64,000 nt of DNA from Mobula hypostoma. Taxonomy: Eukaryota. Every line of letters begins with the position of its first letter. Positions within the stretch are counted from its first letter, which is position 1. This document shows, in pieces, positions 50,180-61,959 of the stretch. The stretch spans positions 165,666,001 through 165,730,000 of the forward strand of contig NC_086097.1 in assembly GCF_963921235.1 (NCBI RefSeq), written 5' to 3'. The position numbers and the translations under genes were made by a program. A model generated the notes under the pieces. It worked only from the letters and a program-made list of their open reading frames with translations, searched no databases and was not told the origin of the DNA.

Positions 50180-53100
50180 CAACACACAGCAGGACAGGCA
50201 GCATCTATGGAAAAGAGTGAAAAGTCAATATTTTTGGCTGAGACCTTGGAAAGAAAGAGAAGTCAGTGTAAGAAGGTGGGTTGAAGGGAGGAAGGAGTAC
50301 AAGGTGGTAGATGATAGGTGAAACCAGGGAAGAGGGTGAAGTAAACAACTGGAAAGTTGATTGGTGAAAGAGATAAAGGGCTGGAGAAGGGGGAATCTGA
50401 TTGGAGAGGACAGAAGAAAGGGAAGGAAGGAGGAGCAGCAGAGGGTGATGATGGGTTTGGTTCATACCATCAGGTTGGAGGCTACCCAGTTGGAATACAG
50501 GGTGTTACTCCTCCAACCTGAGTGTGGCCTCATTGTGGCAGTAGAGGAGGCCATGGACTGACATGTTGGAATGGGATTGGGAAGTAGAATTGAAATGGGT
50601 GGCTACCCGGAGATCCCAATTTTCCAAGGACCCTAGACACCTTCAAACTATTTACTGACCAACCTCTAACTCCAACTCCAGCCTGGAGCTTGATCAACAG
50701 CACCTCTAGGCCGAGACTTTACCCTCTCTTCCCCTCTTCCCCTCTTCTCAGATATTACCAACTCTCTTCCTCTCTCTAGTCCCAGCTCTCACCCATGCCA
50801 GGTCTTCACAATTTCCTCTGACCTACTCCCTTCCGAGGCAGAATGTCCTGTACTCAGTAAGGGCCTTACCTTTATCCCCCTACATCCACACCTCAGTGAG
50901 TTCCATGCCCGCCATGATGCTGAGCTCTTCTTCTGTTGCCTCTGACTCTGAGCCTACTTCTTTGGCAAGGACTCTCCAGCCTGTACTGATCACCCCTTCT
51001 CCTGTCTTCAACCCTCCTACCCTTCCAGGACACCCCGCTCTGGTCTTCTGCTTGCTCTCAATCTTTTTATTGTTAATTGCCAATGAGACATCAACAGTCT
51101 TGACTTTAACCCTTCTTTCTCCAGTTGTAACCTCACTCTTTCTGATCATGCTGCTCTCGCTCTCTCAGCACCATCAAACCCACAGATAATGGGTGCTATA
51201 GTAGTCTGGCGTACTGACTTCTACCTTGCTGAGGCCAGGCAGCAACTCTCAGACACCTCCTCTCACTTGCCCCTCAAACAGGACCCCTCTAAAGAGCAAC
51301 AGGCCATTGTCTCCCACACCATCATCAGTGTTAACGCTGTGGATCTCCCATCCACAGCCACCAACCTCACAGTTCCCTTACCCTGCACCTCCCGTTTTTA
51401 CCTCCTACCCAAGATCCACAAACTTGCCTGTCCAGGTGGACTCGGTGTTTCTGCTTGTTCCTGCCCCACCAAACTTGTATCTGCATACCTCACCTCTGTT
51501 TTATCCCCCCACTGGTTCAGTCCCTCTCACCTACATCCGTGACACTTCCCACACTCTTGATCTTTTCAATGACCTTAATGTTCCCTGACTTCAATTGTCT
51601 CATTTTCACTATGGATGTCCAGTCCTTCTACACCTCCATCCCCCCATCAAGAAGGCCTTGTAGTTCTCTGCTTCTTTTTGGATACCAGACCCAACCAGTC
51701 CCCGTCCACCACCACTCTCCTCTGTCTGGTGGAACTAGTCCTCATCCGCAATAATTTCTTCTTTGGCTCCTCCCACTTCCTTCAAGCAAGCGGTGTAGCC
51801 ATGGGCACCTGCATGGGTCCCAGCTCTGCCTGCTTTTGTTGGAATAATCCATGTTCCAAGTCTACACCGGTATCGCTTCCCAACTCTTCCTACGCTACAT
51901 CGACAACTGCATTGGCGCTGCTTCCTGCACCCATGCTGAGCTCATTGACTTCACCAACTTTACCTCCAACTTCCACCCTGCTCTCAAATTTACTTGATTC
52001 ATTTCTGACACCTTACTCACTTTCTGGATCTCTTTGTCCCCATCTCTGCAGACAGTCTATCTACGGATATATCTTATAAACCTATTGATTCTCACAGCTA
52101 CCTGGACTATACCTCTTCCCACCCTGTCACTGGTGAAAATGCAACCCCCTTCTGCTCTTAGGATGTGGCTTTTCATTTCAGAACTGTTGTGATGTTGTCC
52201 TCATTCAAAGAAAGGGGCTTCCCTTCCTCCACCATCAACACTTCCCTAACTGGCATCTCTCGATATTGTGCACGTCTGCCTCACCACTTTCTCCCGCCGC
52301 CACATCAGGAATAGAGTTCCACTAGCCTCCGCATCCAGCACTTAATTCTCCATAATTTCCACCATCTCCAATGGGATCCCATCACCAAGCACATCTTTCC
52401 CTCCCCCTGCCCTCTCCCCCCCCACCAGCATTCTGCTTTCTATAAAGATCACTCCCTACATGACTCCATTATTCACACATCCCTCCACTGATACAACCCC
52501 CCCGCCCCCCCCCGTAATTATCCTTGCAAGCAGAACAAATGCCACACCTTCTCCCAAACCACTTCCCTCATGACCATTCAGGTCCCCAAAGAGTCTTTTC
52601 ACCTGTGAGCCTGTTGGGGCCATCTACTGTATCCGGTGCTCTCAGTGTGGCCTCCATTATATCGTGGAGACTCGGCGTAGATTGGGGCACTAATTCACCA
52701 AGCACCTATGCTCCATCTGTCAGAAAAATCGGGATCTCCCAGTAGCCACCCATTTAAATTCTACTTTCTACTTCCCATTCCAACATGTCAGTCCGTGGTC
52801 TCCTCTACTGCTGCAATAAGGCCACATTCAGGTTGGAGGAGTAACATCTTGTATTCTTTCTAGGTAGCTTCCAACCTGGTGGCATGAACATTGATTTTTA
52901 GAACTTCTGGTAATTGCCCCCTTCACCATTTCTGTCATTTCCACTTCCCTCTCACCTGCCCATTTCCTACCTCCTTTCTCTAGCCCTTTATCTCTTTCAC
53001 CAATCAACTTCCCATCTCTTTACTTCACCTCTTCCCAATCTCCCAGTTTCACCTATCACCTACCACCTTATACTTCTTCCCCCCACCTTATTAATCTGAC

Positions 53101-53255
53101 TTATCCTCTTGCTTTCCAGTCCTGATGAAGAGTCTTGGCCAGAAATGTCAACTGTTTACTCTTTTCCATAGGTGCTGCCTGGCCTGCTGAGTTCTTCCAG
53201 CAATTTTGTGTGTGTTGCTTTGGATTTCCAGCATCTGCAGATTTTTCATGTTTAT
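50180..53255 (+). mobile_element. Degenerate Penelope-like element (RT, GIY-YIG, pLTR) with an inverted 3'-end copy at its 5' side
   Basis: FYLLPKIHK, MDVQSFYTSIP, GVAMGTCMGPS, LRYIDN (YIDD-derived) at 51397-51910. GIY-YIG remnant ~52600-52912. Degenerate hammerhead 53118-53153. Inverted copy 50180-50620. Confidence 0.85.
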
Positions 53256-54039
53256 CATTTCAAGGCTTTGGGCTACCATTGTTAAATGACTTGCTGATGG
53301 GAGGAGGGGACTATTTAGGTGCAGATTCAAGGAGACTTGAAAGATGTGGCAGAGTTGTAGCCAAGAAGCTTATCCAAGGCATAATTATACTCATTGAAAA
53401 CTTTTCCTAATGCCGCACTGCAACAGCTTGAAATAGAATTGGCACTGGAAAATTTTGGCAGTCCCCACAGAAGATAAGTGTTTTTGCAGAAGATGAGCTT
53501 CCTTGGCATCTCTGAACACAACAAGGCAAGGGAACTCATCAGGGCATCACACCTTACTAGGTGTGCATTGGCAACTCTTTGGAGCAACCTTCCTTCCACT
53601 CTGCACCATGTGGCTATGCCTTATCACAGAATGAGCAAAAGGCTATTCAGCACACCAGCTCCACGTAGTCTCACTGCAAAAGCAGTCCAGTTAGCCCTAC
53701 TCCCTTGTCCAGTCTCTTCAATTGGTTTCCCTTCAGATACTTACCCACATTCCTGATGAAAGTTACGATTTACTCTGCTTCACTAAAACCTCTTGACCCA
53801 AAGAACTTGTCATGCAACTTTTGTTTCTTTTTGCCAATGCTTTCATTCTAATTCCCCTTGTCCCTAATTCTTCTGAAGGGTATCAGTTTGTATTTTTTAA
53901 AAAAGTCTATAGTATTTATCAGATACTTTTCTCTGTTCCAAGTTTCTCCAGGCTATCTAAAAACCTGATGTACCTAATCTCTAGAATATTTCACGATCTC
54001 TCCCATTACCCATCCAAAGCCATCCCATCTTTCCTATAA

Positions 54040-54246
54040 CAAGAGGAATTCTGCAGATGCTGGAAATTCAAGCAACACACATCAAAGTTGCTGGTGAACG
54101 CAGCAGACCAGGCAGCATCTCTAGGAAGAGGTACAGTCGACGTTTTGGGCCGAGACCCTTCGTCAGGACTAGGTTAGTCGACTGTACCTCTTCCTAGAGA
54201 TGCTGCCTGGCCTGCTGCGTTCACCTGCAACTTTGATGTGTGTTGC
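54040..54246. mobile_element. Palindromic Penelope pLTR insertion
   Basis: 16-bp TSD CCCATCTTTCCTATAA at 54024-54039 and 54247-54262. Confidence 0.9.
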
Positions 54247-56824
54247 CCCATCTTTCCTATAAAGTGGCACCAAGAATTGGACCCAATATCCAGTGTTTTG
54301 TAAAGTTCAGCATGAAATCTGTACCCTCTGTTTTTAAAGTATAGGTTATCACATACTTTTTTAGCCACTTTCTCAGCAAGCTCTTCTACTTCCAATTTCT
54401 CTGCAATTGTACCCTTTATAGAATTGTGCCCTTCATTAAAATTTTAGGAGCAGCTGCTTCCCCTCTGCTATCAGATTTCTGAATGGTCCATGAACTATTC
54501 CACTTTTGCACTATCTATTTATTTTTATCGTAAGTTAAAGTAATTTGTTATGTCTGCCACAAAACAAAAAAATCAAGTGACAATAAACCTGATAGTGATT
54601 CTAATAAATATTAAGAAAACCAGTTGTCCTAAAATTAACTTATGGCAAACCCCCTCATACAATTCTCTCCAGTACAAACAAGTTTCTCTGCTGCTCAAAA
54701 AGCAATTGAAAGGCCAAATGCTGTAAATCTGAAATAAAATTGAAAAGGTTGAAAATACTCAGTGTGTTTGTCAAGCCTGTGATATCTTGTCAAACATCTG
54801 TCAACTAGCCTCTGTCTTTTGGATCAGACCAAGAATCTGCTATCACTTTTTAGTCAACCTCTTGTCCTTGGGATATAAGAGTTGTGAGTGGCTGATGAGG
54901 CCATTGTGTGGTTCGCAGACTGTCCCGCTGATGGAGACAGGTAGGCTGGATGGGTATTTTATGAGGAGGTCCAGTTTTGCCTCTTATGCAGGGCTTCTGC
55001 CCTCTCAGGATGCATGGATGTTCCTTCTCCACTTTGAACAGTTATGGACTAGCATTTCCCAAGAGTTAAAGGGGATTTGCATCTATTCAAGGAGTGTTTG
55101 AGTGCATCCTGGAATTTTGAAAACTACCTGCCCAGTATTCATACAAATATAAGTGGCTGTTGACTGATGGCTTGTTTGCCAGATCTTTGTGTGAGGCTCC
55201 ACACAAAGTATCTGACCTGGATGCTTCACATTTTGGTATGGCAATGGCCCTACCCAAATCTCTGAAAAAATTGCAGAGTTGTGGACACACTGTTCAGTCC
55301 ATTATGAAAACCAGCCTCCCCTCCCTGAACTCAGTCTACACTTCCCACTGCCTCAGGAAAACAACCACTATAATCAAAGTCCCTTCCCACCCCAGTCCTT
55401 CTCCCTTCTCTCTCTTTCCATAGGGCAGAAGATGCAATAGAAATTGAAAAGATGCACCTACGTACAGCTTTGATTCCTGCTGTAGTAAATAAGACTCTTG
55501 AACAAATTTCTTGTGTGACAAGGATGAACTCTTAATCGCTCCATCTACTGTGTCATGGCCATTGCATTTTAATTGTCTACTTGCAAAGACCTTCTCTGTA
55601 CCTGTGACACTATAATCTGCATTCTGTTGTTGCTTTTTCTTTCTACTACTTTAATGTACTTGTATTTTGAAATGATCTTTATGGATGGCTTGCAAAGCAA
55701 AGATTTTCACTGTATCTTGGTACACGTGACAATAATAAATTGTCAGTTCAATAATCCATGTCACCAAAGCTTATAATAGAGTGCTTAGTAGACCAGCATC
55801 TTGGCTCTAGGTGTGCTAACTGATTGGAGACAATGGTAAGTTTCTTCATCAATCTTTGTCTTTGCTGATAAGAGGCTGCCAAGATATGGACAGCTATCTT
55901 CACTATACGGAAAATTGTGGTAGAGTCCCTAGTGTGGTTTAGTACTGGAGGGACAGGTTTGTAGAAGGCCATTGTTTTCCAGGTGTTTAGGCAATGCTAT
56001 TATTTGAAAGAATCAACAATGAATCAAAGTTCAAAGTTTGAAGTAACTTTATTATCAAAGTATGCATTTGCCACCATATAGTACCCTGAGATTAATTTTC
56101 TTACAGGCATTAGCCAACCACCAAATGTGCCCACATACCAACATTGTCTGTGAACTATAAGTTGAAGACTGAGTTTGGAGTGATCTTGGTTCTGGAGTGC
56201 TGACGTTGAACATTGAATAATTTCCCATTCATCCTGTAAATTAATTCTGCTCCAGAGGGGAGCTTGTTGAGGAAGATTTGAGGAGAGAGTATGTGTGATG
56301 ATAACCTCGTCAGAATCCAGTCCGCACTAGACTTGGACTCTGGTGGACTTGTTGGTTAGGATTACAGCTTGCATGTAGCAGAAATGGCATAAAATCAAGT
56401 TTTTCAGGGCATTAAAATTTGAGAATGATTTTCCTTCACCCCTCATGATTGGCAGCAAACTTCTTTTACTCGAGACATGATGTTTCCAGTCCAAGAAGCT
56501 AAGTGTCTCTTTGCAGATGCTAATTATGGCGGAACTCGAGGAACAGGGACCCAGTATACATTGTATTAAATAGAAAAGATGATGAGGGAAAGTCAGAGAC
56601 CAGGAGAAATTTGATCCAAAAGGAAGACTGCAGGTTGGTTGCAGGGATGTAGGGGAGGTTCTTCACATGGTAAAGGTCACTTTAGACTTTCTAAGTCCAA
56701 TTATCTGGTATAGAAACACCAACTCATTCTTCCCAGGACCGGCAGTCTCGTGCTCACATGCATTCACACCCATTGCTTGGTATCATTTCATGCCTCACTA
56801 TTTCATTTCCTTCAGTGTAATGTA

Positions 56825-57915
56825 AATTATAAGACCATGAGATATAGGAGCAGAATTGGGCCATTTGGCCTGTGGAATCTGCTCCGCCATTTCATCATGG
56901 CTGATCCATTTTCCCTATCAGCTCCAATCTCCAGCCTTCTGCCTGTATCACTGATCAAGAATCTATCAACCTCTACCTTAAATATACCGAATGACTTGGC
57001 CTTCACAGCTGCCTGTGGCAATGAATTCCACAGAATCTCTACTCTCTTGCTAAAGAAATTCCTCCTCATCTCCATTCTAAAAGGACACCCCTCTATTCTG
57101 AGGCTGTCATCTGGTCTTGGACTCCCCTACCATAGGAAACATCCTCTCCGCCTTCACTCCATCAAGGCTTTTCAACATTTGATAGGCTTCACTGTGGTCA
57201 CTCCTCATTCTTCTGAATTCCAGTGAATACAGGCCCAGAGCCATCAAACACTCTTCACATGACAAGCATTTCAATCCCAGAATAATTTTTTTAAAACTTC
57301 CTTTGAACCCTTTCTAATGCCTGCACATCCTTTCTTAGATAAGGGGCCCAGAACTGCTCACAATACTCCAAGTGAGGCCTCACCATTGCTTTCTAAATCC
57401 TCAACATTGTATCCTTCCTTTTATACTCTAGTTTTCTTGAAATGAATGCTAACATCACATTTGCCTTTCTCACCACAGACTCAACCTGCACATTAACCTT
57501 TAGGAATACTGCACAAGGACACCCAAGTACATTTACATCTCAGAATTTTGAATTTTCTCTCCATTTCGAAAATGGTCTACACTTTTATGTCTTCTACCAA
57601 AGTCCATGACTATGCACTTCTTGATGCTGTATTCCATCTGCCACTTCTTTCCCCATTCTCCTAATCTAAGTCCTTCAGGAAACCATGCTGATTAAGGCCT
57701 ATTTTATCAAGTACCTGCAAGTATCCCGAAACCACATCCTTGATTTATGCATTTGTGGTAAGGAACTTGCATACTCCAAAGGCCAAGGATTAGACTTTGG
57801 AGTCCAACATCTTCCCAACCACTGAGGTCAGACTAACTGGCCTAGATTTCCTTTCTTTTTTCTGCCTCTCTCCTTTGAAGAGTAAAGTGACATTTGCAAT
57901 TTTCTATTCCTCCAG
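56825..57915 (-). mobile_element. CR1 LINE 3' portion
   Basis: EMRRNFFSKRVEILWNSLP; aligns by eye to 20712-21521; (TCTTATGG)-like tail. Confidence 0.8.
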
Positions 57916-58251
57916 TAATGAATTGGTTTACTCCGGTACACCAGTAATATTTATGATGAATATAACAAAAGTTTAACATTATGATGTTATAAAACAGCAA
58001 TTTGCATACACTTGTATAAGTCTGTACTCTTCCACTTTCGTAGACCATCTCCCTGATACATCATCCCACCAGAGAGGTAGAGGCAGGCTGCTCCTACCAA
58101 TGCTGAGTTGCTTTTACTCAACATCCTTGCCCTTTGAAATATGCAAGTTCTTTACCATAGATGCTCTTGCTGTACCTGTTTAGGCAAAAATGGGTATTAG
58201 GGTACAAGGTAGTATGTACGTAGGTACTAAATGGGAAGGGAGAAACTAGAG

Positions 58252-58467
58252 CAACACACATAAAAGTTTCTGGTGAACGCAGCAGGCCAAACAGCATCTC
58301 TAGGAAGAGGTGCAGTGGACGTTTCAGGCCGAAACCCTTCATCAGGGTCTCGGCCTGAAACGTCGACGGCACCTCTTCCTAGAGATGTTGCCTGGCCTGC
58401 TGCGTTCACCAGCAACTTTGATGTGTGTTGCTTGAATTTCCAGCATCTGCAGAATTCCTGTTGTTTG
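58252..58467. mobile_element. Palindromic Penelope pLTR insertion
   Basis: 15-bp TSD AGGGAGAAACTAGAG at 58237-58251 and 58468-58482; arms overlap at AGGG (~58344) inside the hammerhead. Confidence 0.9.
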
Positions 58468-58660
58468 AGGGAGAAACTAGAGACACTTTGCTCAGAGCCC
58501 TTTTCATCATCAGTCCTTTGAAGCCTCTCTTCAGCTGCTAGCGATGAGCTGAAAGCCAGCTTACAAGCAGGCAATTGACCAATTACTGACTAAGGTTATG
58601 ATGTCCATCCCTATTGTGCACACTGTTGGTGTCCTCATGTAATTCCACATTTGGTATATT

Positions 58661-58700
58661 TGGACAATGTTCTCCTCCAATGGACAACGTTCTCCTCCAA
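58661..58700. repeat. 20-bp tandem duplication
   Basis: TGGACAA(T/C)GTTCTCCTCCAA x2. Confidence 0.85.
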
Positions 58701-61700
58701 TCTTGCAGCAAGATTGTACAGGTGAGTTATTTGCCTAGGAACTTTTCAATGTACTTTATTCTTTACTATTGCACACATCACATTTCATCCTTGTAATGTT
58801 CTTTTCAGAAGTAGGGCTGAATATAGATTTTGCTTTGTCATCATCACACTTGCTCAACTTTTTTGGCTGGGACGTTGAAAACAAGGTAGCACAATGGCTA
58901 AAGAATCTTCTACTGATGTGCTTCAAAGAAACCAATTCAGCCACTCAGACTCATCTGCTCTCTGCTAACACAATGAGAAGCTGAAAATCTCCCCAATCCT
59001 AGTTAGGACAGGCAACTGAAAGCTCAGTCACTTTCTTTTTCCTCGGTGAGGGAGCCTCAAACTAGAGAGCATAGATTTAAGGTGAGAGGAGAAAGATTTA
59101 AAGAGATCTAAGGGGCAAGCTTTTCATCCAGAGGGTGGTAGATGATGAACTGAGTTGCCAGAGGAAGTGGCAATGGTGGATATAATTACATCTTTTAATA
59201 TTTGTCCAGGTGCAAAGATGAGAAAGATTCACAGGGATATGGGCTAAATGCAGGCAAATGGGGACTTAGGCAGCATTGATTGAAGAATCTATTTCTATGC
59301 TGTAGAACTCTGACTCTTATCAGAAGGGTTTGACACTTACTAAAGGTGAAGAAGGCAGTAGAGGAATCAATGGTGGAGAAACCAGTGTCTAGGGCTGAGG
59401 AAGCTGAAGATGGATTTTGTGATTGGGGACGAGTGAGTGGAAGTCAAGGACATTTGGGGTCCATAGGTAGGAATGGTGGCTGATGGTCAGCACGGATTCA
59501 ATAGGCTGAGGTGCCTGTTTCCATGCTACGTGAATTTGAGATTCTATGATACCATCTCAGGGTGTTGTAACCTGGAGCAAGTGGCAGAGCAAGTGAGTTG
59601 AGGTTGTTGGAGGAAATGAATTCTGGAGTGAGAACTTAAAAATGGCATCCGCTCTGCATCAGTCAGAGCAGGACAATGGCTAAATGGATGGTGTGAGTCA
59701 GGACTGAGCAGCAGAGCTCGGAAGTGCTGTACTTTACACAGAGTGAAGTCCATTCAGTTTGATAACATCAGATTAATTGGACCATGAGACATCTTGTTAT
59801 CTATTCTGATAATCAGAGGAACAGAATTAGCTTCTGCACCATGGTGGTAGGCAAACTGAGTGTGTGTGTTGCTCAGCTTATTCCAGTTTTACAGTGTGGG
59901 AACAGGCAATTCAACCCTTCCAGTCCAGTGGGCACCCATCCATATTAATGCCATCTTGGTCCACTGCCACCTCTTTGAGTTGATACTACCACAGAAGGTG
60001 GTGGAGACCAGGTCATTAAATATATTCAGGAAGAAGACAGGTATTTTTCTTAATTCTAATGGTACCAAGGGATATGGGGTGATGGCAGGAAGAAGGCAGT
60101 GAACTGGATGATGGCATTGATGGTGGAATAGTCTGAAAGGGAGGAAGAGCCCCCCGCCTTCTGCTATTTTCCACATTTTGTTGAATGTGGAGCTAATGGG
60201 TTCTGGACATGTGCCTGTATTGAACATAGACCAAAGAACAGCACAGCTCAGGAACAGGCTCTTCAGCTCAATGTCTGTGTGAGGCATGGTGCCAGTTTAA
60301 ACTAATCTCTTTTGCCTATCACTCCTTGTGTAGAAAAAACTTGCCTTTCACGTCTCCTCTAAATTTATCCCCCTCTTGCCTGAAAGCTATGGCCTCTAGT
60401 ATTTGACATTCCACTCTGAGGGAGAAAAGATTCTGACTATCTACCCTGACGATGCCCCTCATAATTTTGCTATGTCTCCCCTCAGTCTCCGACACTCCAG
60501 AGCAAGCAGTCCAAGTTCATCCAGTATCTCCTTGTAGCTAATGTTGAGAGTGCGCTGTTTGTATACATACTATTGCCTGGTATTGTGAGGAGGTTAGAGA
60601 CACATGTTGAGCATAAGGGTGCAGGCTGCAGAACATAACTCATGATCAAAGAGAAAAGAAAGCAAGCAGGGAATGTTACAGATTTGGCGAAGCATCAGAA
60701 AAAGCTGGATTTTTTTTTCTGTTGTCGACCTTGATAAAATACACTGGTCACGATATTAACCAGTAAAGAAAATAAGTTTTTCTCAACAGGAAAGTGAGTC
60801 ATTGCTGTCGCCCAAAGAACCACAGGCAGTTGGGAATGAGTTTTCCCTTCACCATTTGAAAACTTTTATGTCCAACAACAATATTTGTATGTCAATTGCT
60901 AAAGATGGGGTATGGAAGCAGACCGAGGCAACCGAAAGGCCAAATGAGTTCAAAAGCTGGGTCGTTAATCCATATCCTTATTTGTGATCCGTTAGGCATT
61001 TTCATCTTTTTTTGTCTGTGAGAGCAGGCTGATTTACAGATCCTGGATTCTGGATGAAAGGAATGAAAACATATAATGAAAAACATTCAAGAATTTTTAC
61101 TGTCTGTGATTAAACCCAGAACAGACTGTGCATTTCATTTCCCAGGTTATTAAGAAACATGTCTCTGACATAACAGTATGGAATCCAATATTAGTAATCT
61201 GTTAACTCCTGGCCTTGGTGCTCATGATGTCATGGTACTTGTGGTTCTTGAGGGGAGGAAGAATAGCTTGAACAGACTTTATTTTGAACCTACTGTAATT
61301 TTTAAAAATCTGTGTGCCTGTCCTGAAAATTCAACAATAGCTTCCATCCACAAAACATCTTTAAGTAAAATCTATGTTCTTTAAGTCAACAAAAAGTGAC
61401 ACTTGTCCTGAAGAGGAGTTAGCAGATGAGATGATCAAATGCTTTGTTAGGAGACAGAAATGCTAAAGGGTAGAGGAATAGAATTCCAGAGCTTAGGGTT
61501 GAGGGAGATGTAGGTTTAAGGACAAAAGAGACTGCAGATGCTAGAGTTTGGAGCACAAAACAGAACACTAGTAGAACTCAGTGGATTACAGTAATTGGCA
61601 ACTGTGAAGGGAAAAAGAGTAAGCTGAAGCTTTGAGTTGAGAATCTGTATGACACTGAGAGCTAAGAGGAAATATTGCCAGCAGTACAGAGAGGTGTGGG

Positions 61701-61959
61701 ATAGGACATGGAATAGGATTTAGGATAGGGGAAGACTTGTCCTTTGGGGGAGTGATTAAAAACCAAATTGGACAGAACTGGCAGAGACAGAGAAAAAAGA
61801 AAGCTTGTAGAACTGGCAGAGGCCCTTGAGGATTGGAGAGATGAAGTCAATGAGGGTTTGGAAGCCAAAGGTGAGAGATTTGAAACTGAAATATTACTGG
61901 ACCAGGAAAGGAAATTGATCAGTGAGCACAAGGTGATTGGTGAACATCTCCTAGGTTAG

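Noticed and set aside
17256..58574. Recurring short ORFs (SPDEGSRPETST..DAAWPAAFTSNFDVC, QHTSKLLVNAAGQAASLGRG) as a peptide family
   Set aside because: They are translations of the non-coding PLE terminal repeat in several frames and on both strands.
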